DNA of 64,000 nucleotides from Azolla caroliniana (GCA_043228905.1 JBHGNT010000007.1:5890001-5954000), one strand, 5' to 3'; counted from the first letter of the stretch, positions 38,779-49,980 are shown. Notes: generated from the sequence alone by a model not told the origin. Translations and numbers: made by a program.

Positions 38779-39127
38779 AGAGTCCATACACTCATCACAA
38801 CTCATTCGGTTCAACACCAGTCTTTAGCCCTTAGCCTACTCCTTGTAATCTTCTTTCTCATAATATAATCGCATTCCCATTTCTTATCTCTCACTTATAC
38901 TTTTCTCTCTCTCGCACTCTCTCCCTCTTTCACTCTCTTTCTATCACTATCGCTATCTCTACCGCTCTCGCCATCTCTATCGTTATCGTTATCTCTATCG
39001 CCATCGCTCTCTCTCTCTGCTTCCAACTCAAGAGTCACGACAGTTTGAACCGAATATTTCTTTTCCCTTTCTCCAATAACTCTAGCAAGCTTTCTTCTTT
39101 ATCCTTCTTTCTTTTTCCCCCGCGGTT

Positions 39128-40255
39128 ATGGAGTCGGTCAGCAAGCAAGAGTATATGCGTGTCCTTTCGGAGCTCGATATGCTCACCACTAAGTTTGTGG
39201 CATTAGAGCAAGAAAATCAAAGGCTACTCGGGGATCTTCAACAAGTCAGTACTGAGAAAGCTCATCAATATGAGGAGTTATCACAACGGGTTCATCAACT
39301 TGAGGCTACTATATTAACATTACGAGAACAAGCGGCGGGGGTTCAAAACTCCCCAAGGGAACCAAAGATTAGCCTCCCTGCCAAGTTTGATGGTACCAGA
39401 TCTCTCTTTCGAGGTTTCCTGAATCAAGTTCGTTTGGTGATTCAGTTACATCCCAATCGGTATCCAACTGATGCTGCCCGTGTGGGATTAATAGGAACCT
39501 TGCTAAGCGGTACAACGTTAGCATGGTTTGCACCACTTCTTGAGAAGAAATCACCATTACTGGAGGATTTCGAGGCATTCGTTAAGGAGTTTCAAGCTAG
39601 TTTTGGAGATATGGATAGCACTAGGACTGCAATAAACAAGATTCGAAGACTCCGACAAGGAGATCGTCCCGCTTCAGCTTATGCCGCAGATTTCCGTCTC
39701 TTGGCATGCGACATCCCTTGGGATGAGGCAGCCTTAATGGATCAATTCCGTCAGGGTTTGCGTAACGATGTCAAAGATCTTCTTCTTACTTTCCATGAAG
39801 ATCCAAAGTCTCTTACTGAAGTTATTAGCCGAGCTGTGCGATGTGATAATCGCCTATTTGAGCGACGTTCTGAACGTCAACAAATGTTACGCCGCCAACC
39901 GGAACAGACATACGCTTCTATAGTCGCCACACCGCCACAAGGTTCTAGACCTGTTACGAGGGATGGTCCCACTCCGATGGAAATAGAGTCGACACAACGT
40001 CGAGGGCCCTTATCAGATGCTGAGAAACAACGACGTCGGGCGCATCGCCTATGCCTCTACTGTGGTGGTCCAGGACATATAGCTGTGAATTGTCCACATA
40101 AACCCAGGCGTCAAGTTTACCAAGTAAGTGCACATGACAACCCTACATCAAGTTCTACTATCACTTCTAATAACTTAAGTACTAAGCCTACTAGCCCATG
40201 CCATGAGAATAGATTTGATGTCTTGAGCCAATTAGAGGATGTGTTAAACGAATAA
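39128..40255 (+). CDS. gag: Gag (375 aa; coiled coil, capsid, CCHC knuckle)
   Basis: PAKFDG...FLNQ, LRQG...YAADFR, GPTPMEI and CLYCGGPGHIAVNC; uninterrupted ORF. Confidence 0.95.
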   Translation: MESVSKQEYMRVLSELDMLTTKFVALEQENQRLLGDLQQVSTEKAHQYEELSQRVHQLEATILTLREQAAGVQNSPREPKISLPAKFDGTRSLFRGFLNQVRLVIQLHPNRYPTDAARVGLIGTLLSGTTLAWFAPLLEKKSPLLEDFEAFVKEFQASFGDMDSTRTAINKIRRLRQGDRPASAYAADFRLLACDIPWDEAALMDQFRQGLRNDVKDLLLTFHEDPKSLTEVISRAVRCDNRLFERRSERQQMLRRQPEQTYASIVATPPQGSRPVTRDGPTPMEIESTQRRGPLSDAEKQRRRAHRLCLYCGGPGHIAVNCPHKPRRQVYQVSAHDNPTSSSTITSNNLSTKPTSPCHENRFDVLSQLEDVLNE

Positions 40256-43200
40256 GTCCGGCCAAAATAGGAGCCATTTGGTTGGACCATCCTAGTTATG
40301 TAGAGTCAGTACCTAGTTGTGGTTCCATTTCATCAAATCAAGTTAGTAGAGTTTTTTCTGCACAAGTCGAGCTTAGCACATCTACAGGTCATCGCGCCCT
40401 AGCCTCTGCCCTCCTAGATTCCGGAGCCAATTCTTGTTTCATGGATCGCGAGTTTGCATTGACTCAAAACATCATCTTGAAAAAACTCCCAAACCCAGTA
40501 GCTGTAGGAGTCATCGATGGTCGCCCTATAGCATCAGGAGATATAGTCGAAGAGTCTGAACCAATTCGTGTAGTCCTAGGTAATTTGGCTAGTGTCATCT
40601 CATTTAACATCATTAGTAGTCCGGAGCACTCTCTAGTTCTTGGTCTTCCTTGGTTTGAGTTACATAACCCAACCATTGATTGGAGAAAAATTGAAGAGGT
40701 CACCGTACAATCCAAGTCTCTTGAAGCTCCAACTAAGGATCTAGGATCCCCCACAATTTCAACAATCTCTATACATCAATTACGAGAGGATGGAAGAAAG
40801 GAAGACATGATGGTATTTGCGGTTTTAGCAACTCCCTCATCTAGCTCACAAGAATTGGGGGTCCAACTACCAAAGAAGCACATAGAATTCTCCGATGTGT
40901 TCGATAAGGTGAAGGCTAATAGACTACCAGAGCATCGACCATATGATTGCCCAATTGATTTGCAGCCAGGAAAAGAGCCTCCATGGGGACCAATTTATAA
41001 TCTTTCGCCCACGGAGTTAGAGGTTCTTCGAGAATATATCAATGAGAACTTGGCAAATGGTTTTATCCAACATTCAAAATCTCCTGCTGGTGCACCCATC
41101 TTTTTCGTTAAGAAGAAAGATGGTACGCTTCGTATGGTCGTGGATTATCGAGGCTTGAATAAAGTGACCGTTAGAAACCGATATGCTCTCCCATTGATCT
41201 CAAGCCTTCTAGAACGCCTCAGTGAAGCAAAGTATTTCATGAAGTTAGATCTTCGAGGTGCCTACAACCTTGTTCGAATTCGTCCTGGGGATGAATGGAA
41301 GACGGCGTTCCGCACTCGCTATGGTCATTTTGAGTACACAGTGATGCCTTTTGGCCTCACGAATGCACCAGCAGTCTTCCAACATATGGCGAATGATATT
41401 TTTCGAGACTTCCTCGATATCTTCATCATTGTTTACCTGGATGATATCTTGATCTACTCAAAAACTCAAGAAGAACATGATATACATGTTCGCCAAGTTT
41501 TGCAACGGCTACGAGAGTATGGTCTCTATGCAAAATTGGAGAAGTGTAGTTTCGACCAACGTCAAGTGGAGTTTTTGGGGTACATAGTCTCTTCAAATGG
41601 CATCTCTATGGATCCATCAAAGGTTCAAACAATTTTGGATTGGCAAACACCACAGTCCGTGCGAGATGTGCAATGTTTTTTGGGGTTCGCAAACTTTTAT
41701 CGCAAGTTCATCAAAGACTATTCAAAAATTGTGTTGCCCCTCACTCAACTGACGCACAAGAATCGATCATTTGTATGGAGTATAGATGCGAACTCTGCAT
41801 TTGAGGGTTTAAAGCAAGCATTTACATCCGCACCAATCTTAATCCATGTCGATCCAATGAGGCGCTTTATACTTGAAGCTGATGCATCGGATTTCGCACT
41901 CGGAAGTGTACTATCCCAAATTGGTGATGATGGTGAACTGCACCCGGTGGCTTTTCACTCACGAAAATTTGAAGCCGCAGAAATCAATTATGAGATTCAC
42001 GACAAAGAGCTTCTTGCCATTGTGGATTCTTTTCAACAATGGCGTCATTTTCTGGAGGGTTCTTCTCAGCAGATTATTGTCTACAATGATCATAAAAATC
42101 TAACATACTTTCAAAGTGCTCGAGTCTTGAATCGACGACAAGCTCGTTGGGTGCAGTTCTTAACTCGTTTCGATTTTGTAATTCTATATCGCCCTGGGAT
42201 GCAACAAGGAAAAGCAGATGCTTTATCTAGACGTTCGTATATGGAACTTCAACCTGGAGAGGCCGCATTTGAAAGCCAAAAGCAAATCCTCTTAGGTCCT
42301 GATCGTCTACGAATAATGGCAATGCATACCATCAACACACCGGGAGATTCAAGGCTTCTTGATTCCATTCGTGAGCAGATTGCGACTGATGCGTTCGCCC
42401 AAGAGGTTTTGAGCCATATTATCCCAAATCGTGCATCTAGCTCCCAAACTCAAAATCCTCGTCTAGACTACACCCAGTTTAGTTGGCATGATGGGTTACT
42501 TTTTCGACAAACTCTCTTGTATGTGCCTGACGGTCCTTCTCGACTCAAAGTCATGCAACAATGTCATGACACACCAATGGCGGGACACTTCGGCATCCAC
42601 AAGACTTTTGAGTTGATTTCTCGCCGATATTGGTGGCCACGGCTTCGCCATTTTGTTACGGATTATGTTCGTAGCTGTGATACATGTTGCCGATCAAAAA
42701 AACCTCGACATCATCCATATGGCTTATTACAGCCAATGCCTATTCCGGAGAGCCCATGGAAATCTATTTCCTTGGACTTTATTACGGATCTTCCACCTTC
42801 CAAGGGATTTGATTCGATTCTCACTGTTGTCGATCGTTTTACGAAGATGGCACATTTCCTTCCATGCACAAAGACCATTACTAGTCAAGAGACAGCTGAT
42901 TTACTCATGCGGGAGGTGTTTCGCCATCATGGTCTTCCGGATGATATTATCAGTGATCGGGGTCCCCAATTCATCTCGAAATTTTGGCGGCACATGTTCA
43001 GACTCTTACATACTTCTTGTAAACTCTCTTCCGGCTACCATCCAGAGACTAATGGGCAGAGTGAGCGCACCAACCAAACAGTCGAGCAATATCTACGTTG
43101 TTTTGTCAACTATCAACAAGATGATTGGGTGGATTTACTACCTTTGGCAGAATTTGCTTATAACAACTCCGAGCATTCTTCTACTGGATATTCCCCATTT

Positions 43201-43881
43201 TTTGCAAACATTGGGTACCATCCTCGTTGGACGATGCTTGAACATCCTGAACTCCCAAAAAACCCAACTGCTGAAGATCGGCTCACTCGACTCCAAGAAG
43301 TTCAGGATATGCTTTTGCATCATTTATGTGAAGCCCAAAACACTCAAAAGAAGATTGCTGACCGTCATCGGCGTGATTCATCGACTACATTTCAAGTAGG
43401 CGATCGTGTATGGCTCTTACAAGGTAGCATTAAAACGACCCGACCTTGCTACAAATTGGATTATCAACGTTTTGGCCCATATGTCATAAGTGGTAAGATC
43501 AATGATGTGACATTTCGTCTTGATCTTCCTCCTCATATGCGTCTTCACCCGGTCTTCCATGTTTCACTTTTGGAGCCTTACACAACGAGCTCTATTCCGG
43601 GTCGTGTTACACCTCCCCCACCTCCAATTGACGTTTCCAATGGCTCTGAATATGAGGTTGCCGCTATCCTCGACTCCAAGATCATTCGCAACAAACTATA
43701 CTACTTGGTTGATTGGTTAGGCTATACACCTAATGATCGAACATGGGAGCCTGCCGAACATCTTGCCAATGCCTCCGACATGGTTGTTGCATTTCACAAC
43801 CAATATCCTCATAAACCAAGTCTGAACTCTTTTCTTCCGACTCGTGCAACTCGTCATCGAAAAGGGGGGATAATGTCATGA
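40219..43881 (+). CDS. pol: Pol (PR-RT-RNase H-integrase-chromodomain) in the -1 frame relative to gag
   Basis: LLDSGA, MPFGLTNAPA, YLDDILIY, DASDFALG, the HHCC motif and SDRGPQF, GPY, and chromodomain EYEVAAILDS...YLVDWLGY...TWEP. The frame is open from 40219 and overlaps the end of gag; its stop lies inside the 3' LTR. Confidence 0.96.
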   Translation, partial: CLEPIRGCVKRISPAKIGAIWLDHPSYVESVPSCGSISSNQVSRVFSAQVELSTSTGHRALASALLDSGANSCFMDREFALTQNIILKKLPNPVAVGVIDGRPIASGDIVEESEPIRVVLGNLASVISFNIISSPEHSLVLGLPWFELHNPTIDWRKIEEVTVQSKSLEAPTKDLGSPTISTISIHQLREDGRKEDMMVFAVLATPSSSSQELGVQLPKKHIEFSDVFDKVKANRLPEHRPYDCPIDLQPGKEPPWGPIYNLSPTELEVLREYINENLANGFIQHSKSPAGAPIFFVKKKDGTLRMVVDYRGLNKVTVRNRYALPLISSLLERLSEAKYFMKLDLRGAYNLVRIRPGDEWKTAFRTRYGHFEYTVMPFGLTNAPAVFQHMANDIFRDFLDIFIIVYLDDILIYSKTQEEHDIHVRQVLQRLREYGLYAKLEKCSFDQRQVEFLGYIVSSNGISMDPSKVQTILDWQTPQSVRDVQCFLGFANFYRKFIKDYSKIVLPLTQLTHKNRSFVWSIDANSAFEGLKQAFTSAPILIHVDPMRRFILEADASDFALGSVLSQIGDDGELHPVAFHSRKFEAAEINYEIHDKELLAIVDSFQQWRHFLEGSSQQIIVYNDHKNLTYFQSARVLNRRQARWVQFLTRFDFVILYRPGMQQGKADALSRRSYMELQPGEAAFESQKQILLGPDRLRIMAMHTINTPGDSRLLDSIREQIATDAFAQEVLSHIIPNRASSSQTQNPRLDYTQFSWHDGLLFRQTLLYVPDGPSRLKVMQQCHDTPMAGHFGIHKTFELISRRYWWPRLRHFVTDYVRSCDTCCRSKKPRHHPYGLLQPMPIPESPWKSISLDFITDLPPSKGFDSILTVVDRFTKMAHFLPCTKTITSQETADLLMREVFRHHGLPDDIISDRGPQFISKFWRHMFRLLHTSCKLSSGYHPETNGQSERTNQTVEQYLRCFVNYQQDDWVDLLPLAEFAYNNSEHSSTGYSPFFANIGYHPRWTMLEHPELPKNPTAEDRLTRLQEVQDMLLHHLCEAQNTQKKIADRHRRDSSTTFQVGDRVWLLQGSIKTTRPCYKLDYQRFGPYVISGKINDVTFRLDLPPHMRLHPVFHVSLLEPYTTSSIPGRVTPPPPPIDVSNGSEYEVAAILDSKIIRNKLYYLVDWLGYTPNDRTWEPAEHLANASDMVVAFHNQYPHKPSLNSFLPTRATRHRKGGIMS

Positions 43882-45135
43882 AGACATACATCTTGGCTTA
43901 TCATGACATTCATCTTGGCGAACCAGGAATCGAACCCATAACCTCTTGGTTTACATATTGTACTTTAACCATTGTAATAACATATGTGAGATGTAATCAT
44001 AATAATTATATGTTTAGTTATTACGAGATATTTAGAACATTCTAGATTATTCTAGAATGTTCTTGAATATTTCATGATTATATTTATTATTATTATTATT
44101 CATAAATATCTAAAATATTCTAGAACATTCTAGAATACTCCATAAGGGCCTATAAATAAGAGTCCATACACTCATCACAACTCATTCGGTTCAACACCAG
44201 TCTTTAGCCCTTAGCCTACTCCTTGTAATCTTCTTTCTCATAATATAATCGCATTCCCATTTCTTATCTCTCACTTATACTTTTCTCTCTCTCGCACTCT
44301 CTCCCTCTTTCACTCTCTTTCTATCACTATCGCTATCTCTACCGCTCTCGCCATCTCTATCGTTATCGTTATCTCTATCGCCATCGCTCTCTCTCTCTGC
44401 TTCCTACTCAAGAGTCACGACAGTTATTCATAAATATAATCATGAAATATTCAAGAACATTCTAGAATAATCTAGAATGTTCTAAATATCTCGTAATAAC
44501 TAAACATATAATTATTATGATTACATCTCACATATGTTATTACAATGGTTAAAGTACAATATGTAAACCAAGAGGTTATGGGTTCGATTCCTGGTTCGCC
44601 AAGATGAATGTCATGATAAGCCAAGATGTATGTCTTCATGACACTGAGGTACTTGAAGTCCTGGAGGCCTACTCGGTGACATGTTAATTATGTATACTGC
44701 CGTAAGTAAGGCCTCTACCCAAAAGCCATCTGATAGTGCGGAGTGGTAGAGCATGGATAATATCCGTTCTCGAATTGTCCGATTCATCCGCTTGATAATT
44801 CCGTTCTACTCCGGACTATAGGGTGTCATATATTCATGACGATTGCCACATTGTCGGCAAAATTTGTTGAATTCTTCAAACTTAAACTCTCCCCCGTTGT
44901 CAGTGCGAAGGCATTTCAGCTTTCGACCAGATTGGTTCTCTACCATGGAAAGCCATTCTTGGAAGATCGAGAATACTTTATCTTTGGTTCTTGCTAGGTA
45001 AGCCCACACTTTCCTGGTCGAGTCGTCAATGAAACTGACGAAGTAGGAGGTGCCACCAAGGGACTGATGTGGCATCGGGCCACCGACGTTCGAATGGACT
45101 AAATCAAGGGAACTTTAATCTCATGGTGATGCCAT

Positions 45136-45954
45136 TGTCGTAAAAGGATATGACCAGCTGGTGCGACCGCGATTCCATAGTTGCCTCAACTACAACCACG
45201 TATCTCGACTTGGTTTGATGACCCAACACTCCTTGGAGATCCACTTGATTTGACTCATTGGAGTTTATTTACATTCTAGACTCAAGCTTCTTTAGTATTA
45301 TTGTTATTAGGGATTTATATGCATTATTTTATCGAAACAAATTGTATAGTCGAGACTCGAAACCATGTAATGTATTGCATGTGCACCATATAATGCAGAT
45401 GCAAAGCTTCTCTACATGTGTGCCACATGGGCCACATGTTTTTTTCATAACGCACATGCACAAACTTCTCTAGGGGGTGCCACATGGCCCACATGTAAAT
45501 CCATCCATTTAGTATAAGAGGGGAGGATTATTGTCATGATGGGGGGGGGGGGGGGGGGGGGGCAATCAAAGAGACATATTTTGTAAAGGGTTTTTTCTTC
45601 TCGAGGAAATAGAGATTTTCTATTTGAATTCTTTCTTCTACCGTGCTTGAGGGGTAGTTGTGTATGGTGTTTTATTCATGACACTCAATTATGGCGTCCG
45701 TTTTCGACATTCTATAGCTTGTTGGAAAGCTCTTTCTAAGGGCTTTCCAATCTGTGTCTGCACACTTAATTTTGTTACATCAGTGGAATGATACAAGGAT
45801 GTTCGTGTTCACGGGTAAGGTTGCAAGCTACTTGTGGCTATTGGGATACTTTCAGCTCGACTTCCTACTCTTCTCTTCCTTCTTCTTATTTTCACTCTCC
45901 TGGTTCAAAACCCTAGTGGTTCCGCCTGGACACGCCAATTTCTTTGACATGACA
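45136..45954. mobile_element. Probable solo LTR (819 bp) inserted in integrase of Copia B
   Basis: TGTCGT...ATGACA termini with 4-bp flanks CCAT/CCGT. It separates the integrase zinc finger (CEH..YGKQ) from LDLVHS. It contains a TATA-like motif and a long G run. Confidence 0.65.
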
Positions 45955-48794
45955 CCGTCACTGGTGTGAGGTTGCGACTTGTTTGCCATAGTACTGAGAA
46001 TGCTCACAGAACTGGTGATCCGAAAGGAGAGTGTGGGGATGTATTTGGCTCTAGATAAATGCATTATGCTGGCCTTGCTAAGGTGTCCAAGTCATCCATG
46101 CCATAATGATGACACATGAATATCAACCATGAACAAGTCACCCTCTTTGAGTGTGACATATAACGGGTACAATGAATGTATGTTTGATCCTCTAGAAAGC
46201 AAGAGGTTCCCTCTGTAGAGTGTCCACCCTCCTGATGAGAAGCCAGCACGGATGTCGTCTTCATCAAGTTGTCTGATTGAGATCAATGGTCTTGAGAGCT
46301 CAGGAACGTGTAAGACATTGTGTAGTACTAATGTAGAACCACCTGGGACGTTGAGTTCTACACTGCTGATTCCTATAATAACGCAGTGATGCGAGTTTCC
46401 GACTCGTACTGAGTCGGAGTGTTCGGGCCGAATATTGCCGAAACTGAGATCTATGAGGGGTCACGTGGTAGGATGCACCCGAATCCAAGAGTCATGTGCT
46501 CGATTCCTCACTTGTAAGTAAAACTTCTTATTCGACTAGGTTTTCAATGGATAGTATGTTCGGGTCTTTCGACAATACTTCAGTAGTGGAACCCACGTAA
46601 TTGACCTCCTCATGCCGGCCACTCTTCTAATCAGCTCGATGAGCTTTATCGTTCTTAGCTTTGAGTGCACGGCAATCGGTTTTGATGTGCCCAAGTTTCT
46701 TGCAATAGTTGCAGATTCGATTATCCCAGGACTTGCTCCAATTTCGGTGATTGTTCGTATGTCGAGAAGAACTTCTTCCTCGATTGTTTGGCCGGTTGGC
46801 CGAACCTTGTGCTACATATGCTTCATCTGTCGAATCTTTTGCAAACGATTTCCTCCGAGCTACTTCAGTCAATATTGCGCTCGAAACTTCGGAGTACTTC
46901 ACAGCGGCAATAGAAGCATTGCACACGCTTGTGACAAAAGTTTCCCATGATGGGGGCAGACTACTACATGAGCAACATTGCTTTCAGTTCATCTTTGATT
47001 GTTACCCCTGAGCCGAAATCTGGGAGCCTAAACTTTCATACTCGTTCCGGTGTGCCTGAACCGAGTCGGATTCTTTCATCCGCAGGTTGTAGACGCGCCG
47101 AATCAAATATATCTTTGTGGCGACAACCTTTTCTCATACATGTCCGACATTGTTTTCCACAGTTGAAACGCAGTCGAACACGATTGCATTGTGAAGTACA
47201 CTGACAGCGAAAGGTGCATCCGAATGGTGGATTAGACAATTTTATTGAGTTTCGTCCACTCATTTGGCTTGATTCCTTCTAGAGGGTTTTCATTCTCGAT
47301 TGGATCTATTTGACCCTTGACTATCAGATAGTCTTGCATCTGCTCCTTCCAGAAATTGAAGTTCGATCCGTCGAACTTCCTTAGACTCATCTTTGATGAG
47401 CCGGATGTCGATGCCATCTGTGTTGGCTTGTTAGACTCTGTTCGGAGTTGACTACAAATGGTGGTGGAATGCAACCAATTGGCTCACCTGATATTGTTCT
47501 AGTCGGATTCGAACACAAGTCGAGCCGGCTTCCCGAGTTGGATCTGTCGATTTGATTTCAATGCCAATTTCGAGATGTCGATCACAGGTTTTGTGTTGAT
47601 TATACAGGCCAATCCTGCTTCGGGTGACTACAACGATGAGAGGGACGAAGCTGACTGGTCCTCCCGAATGTCGTTCAACCGAATGAAGTACGGAGTGGGG
47701 TTGTTCCCTAGGGCTAGATCTGCTTTGAGAGGTTACAACAAATGAGTAGATAGTGTCTAATCTAGTAAAGCACGATCGAGGCTGATTGAACAGAGATTCC
47801 ACTCTGAGCGGCTGCAATCACAGAAGCAAGATGTTGCCGATTGGCTTACCTTAAGAGTGATTTAGCTTAGTAGAGTGCAAATCATCTTTTTTCTTTCTCT
47901 TCTCAAGATGAGATCTTGGACTCAGGTTCTTCAAGGGAGAGGAAGCAAGAATGTTGTTGAAGACTGATGACAGCTGGCAGCGAGTTGAAGAACCTTCGCT
48001 TTAATACCAGATGTTGGAAATTGAGGCCGTTAGTGCGGAAACATCAACAACAACTTTAGATGAAAATCACCAAGTTCACAAGAGAAAGCAAGATCAAAGA
48101 ACAGAATGAGAGAGAGAAACACCAAGAGGCACACAATGTAACAGTTCTTATGAATCAGTGGTTACAACAATGGAGGCAACAACTCTCTAACAATAGTAGC
48201 AACTTTTTGAGCTAGGTTACAAAGCCCGTTATATACTAACTGGACTTGAGTAACTGCCCTTTGACATATTTACACAAATGTCCTAAACCTAGATTGTCCA
48301 AGGGACGGTGTGAATACGGCCATTATATGCCCATATTCGACACTTCGGCGTTTTGACCTCTCGGATGTAGCCGAGCATGTGATCGTGAACACATGATGTA
48401 AGGCAATACAACACATGACTTGACGCTTGCTCCGATGTTGGGTGGTCGGCGTGTGTTGGGTTGGGTTGCGTTTTTTGTGCTCCCTTGATATAACTCCAAT
48501 GGCCTTGACCGACAAGGTATTGGTGCATCTTGTACTCCCAAGATGCGAAGTTGTTTCTATCCAGCTTTTCGTTGGGGAGAGAGTTGCCCATCTTAGTGTT
48601 CATGATGGTCGACTTGTGATTTTTTCTTCTCTGTGATACGAACTATGCAAGGTTGCTGCTACAGTGATCAGTCAGTTCTTCATGAACATCAGCATAGGCA
48701 CAACTCACGCGGATGGGCCTAGATCAACCTACTAATCGCTCTGATACCACGTAAAGAATTGGATGTGATTTTGTGGAGCGGAAAATGTGTGTAT

Positions 48795-48844
<50 letters not shown>

Positions 48845-49527
48845 AACGTATACAAAAAACGTTAAAATTGTATTAACAAGAGAATAAACAACCAATTGTT
48901 ACAAAGAAGAGGAGAAGATGCTTATGCAGTCATCTTCTCTCTATATTCTCTCACTACAACCACCTCTTGGGAAAGAGGTGGAGACTTAACTACTTAGTAA
49001 CTATGTGTCATAGGGACTTAACTTCTATGACACATTAGTTATGAATCATGATATAAAGTGGTGGGGTGTTCTCACACATTGCTATTCCTAAGGTGTGTTC
49101 CTACACTGAAGTTTGATTCTCAACACTTTATTACAAAGGAAACGTTTGAAAACCTAAACAAATATTGATTTCAACATGGATTAACAACATTGGCACTAAT
49201 ACTTCTTCCACTACATGAGGAATGATAACCATCAGCATGTCTTATAACAAGAAAAACTAATAATAGGTATTCTACATGCTAATTATAATTATATTTGAAG
49301 CTTATAGCTTACACGATGTATTTTATCATGGTATATGGGGATGGATTAAAACTACATGAGCATTACCTAAATATTAACCTATTCTTAATCGAGCCATTTA
49401 TTTGAACTCCATACCTGGACAAGACATGAAATAAGCATCTTGCCACATCAATCAGTAGTTTTATTTGAATCAACAAGAATTTACAAAAGTGCTTACAAAT
49501 TCTTTTTAACCATTCATACATTTTGAG

Positions 49528-49742
49528 ACAAGCGCTTGGAAAATTGTTAATCGTTCATAGAAATGACATATTCTCGTAAGGTTACTATATGTAAAGAATG
49601 AACTAAATTGAAAGATACATGAAGCATAGTTATTGTCAAGCGCTTGGAAAATTGTTAATCGTTCAGAGATAATGACAAATTCTCTTAAGGTTACTATATG
49701 TAAAGAATGAACTAAATTGAAAGATTCATGAAGCATAGTTAA
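49528..49742 (+). repeat. Direct duplication, period ~110 bp, downstream of the EMB1273-like gene
   Basis: CAAGCGCTTGGAAAATTGTTAATCGTTCA...GGTTACTATATGTAAAGAATGAACTAAATTGAAAGAT occurs twice. Confidence 0.85.
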
Positions 49743-49980
49743 TGTGTGGAGCTTTGAGGACAGTAATGGAAACATGACCAAGTGTATTTCACTTAGCACA
49801 TGCAGCCTATCGTGTGAGAAACACTAATCTTACATCCAAATATCAGTTACAAAGGTTCCCAGCATGTTCCCAGCAGACGCAGAACCCCAAACATTTGCTA
49901 CTCATTATCACCAAAATTTGTTCCCTTCATAAAAAAACTCAAAAATGTTGCAAATGATAGGAAGAACGATGACAATTCCT

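Larger units (their letters stand above)
38494..44643 (+). mobile_element. Intact Ty3/gypsy chromovirus (Tcn1/Tf1-like): LTRs 38494-39042 and 43874-44422, plus inverted U3 copy 44430-44643
   Basis: 549-bp TG...CA LTRs differing at only 2 positions by eye, PPT AAAAGGGGGGA before the 3' LTR, and TSD CTGAG at 38489-38493 and 44644-44648. Excision restores the Copia B integrase frame GLQVPQELWSGRK. Confidence 0.97.
36387..48342 (-). mobile_element. Degenerate Ty1/copia element B inserted in gag of Copia A; 3' LTR 36387-~36728, 5' LTR 48012-48342
   Basis: Perfect TSD CTTCG (36382-36386 and 48343-48347); excision restores host gag IREVKTPKEPWGNLKK. Degenerate PBS at ~47998-48009. Gag (KFDGSNFNFWK; CNYCKKLGHIKTDC), protease (DSGASYH), integrase (LRTDNGGEF), RT (KSLYGLKQAP; YVDDML) and RNase H are present. 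Confidence 0.93.
32361..49125 (-). mobile_element. Degenerate Ty1/copia element A (outermost of the nest); 3' LTR ~32361-32731, 5' LTR 48750-49125
   Basis: Paired LTRs, PBS TGGTATCAGAGC (48749-48738) and PPT next to 32732. Gag (KLDRNNFASWEYKMHQYL; CGKFGH knuckle), protease (FVDSG), GAG-pre-integrase/integrase (LWHKRIGH; KKLDPKSEKCILIG) and RNase H (HARTKHIEVHYHF) are in copia order. Most of RT is deleted and there are many stops. Confidence 0.9.

Noticed and set aside
42653-43399. 248-aa alternative-frame ORF within pol
   Set aside because: No recognisable motifs; likely a shadow of integrase codon usage.
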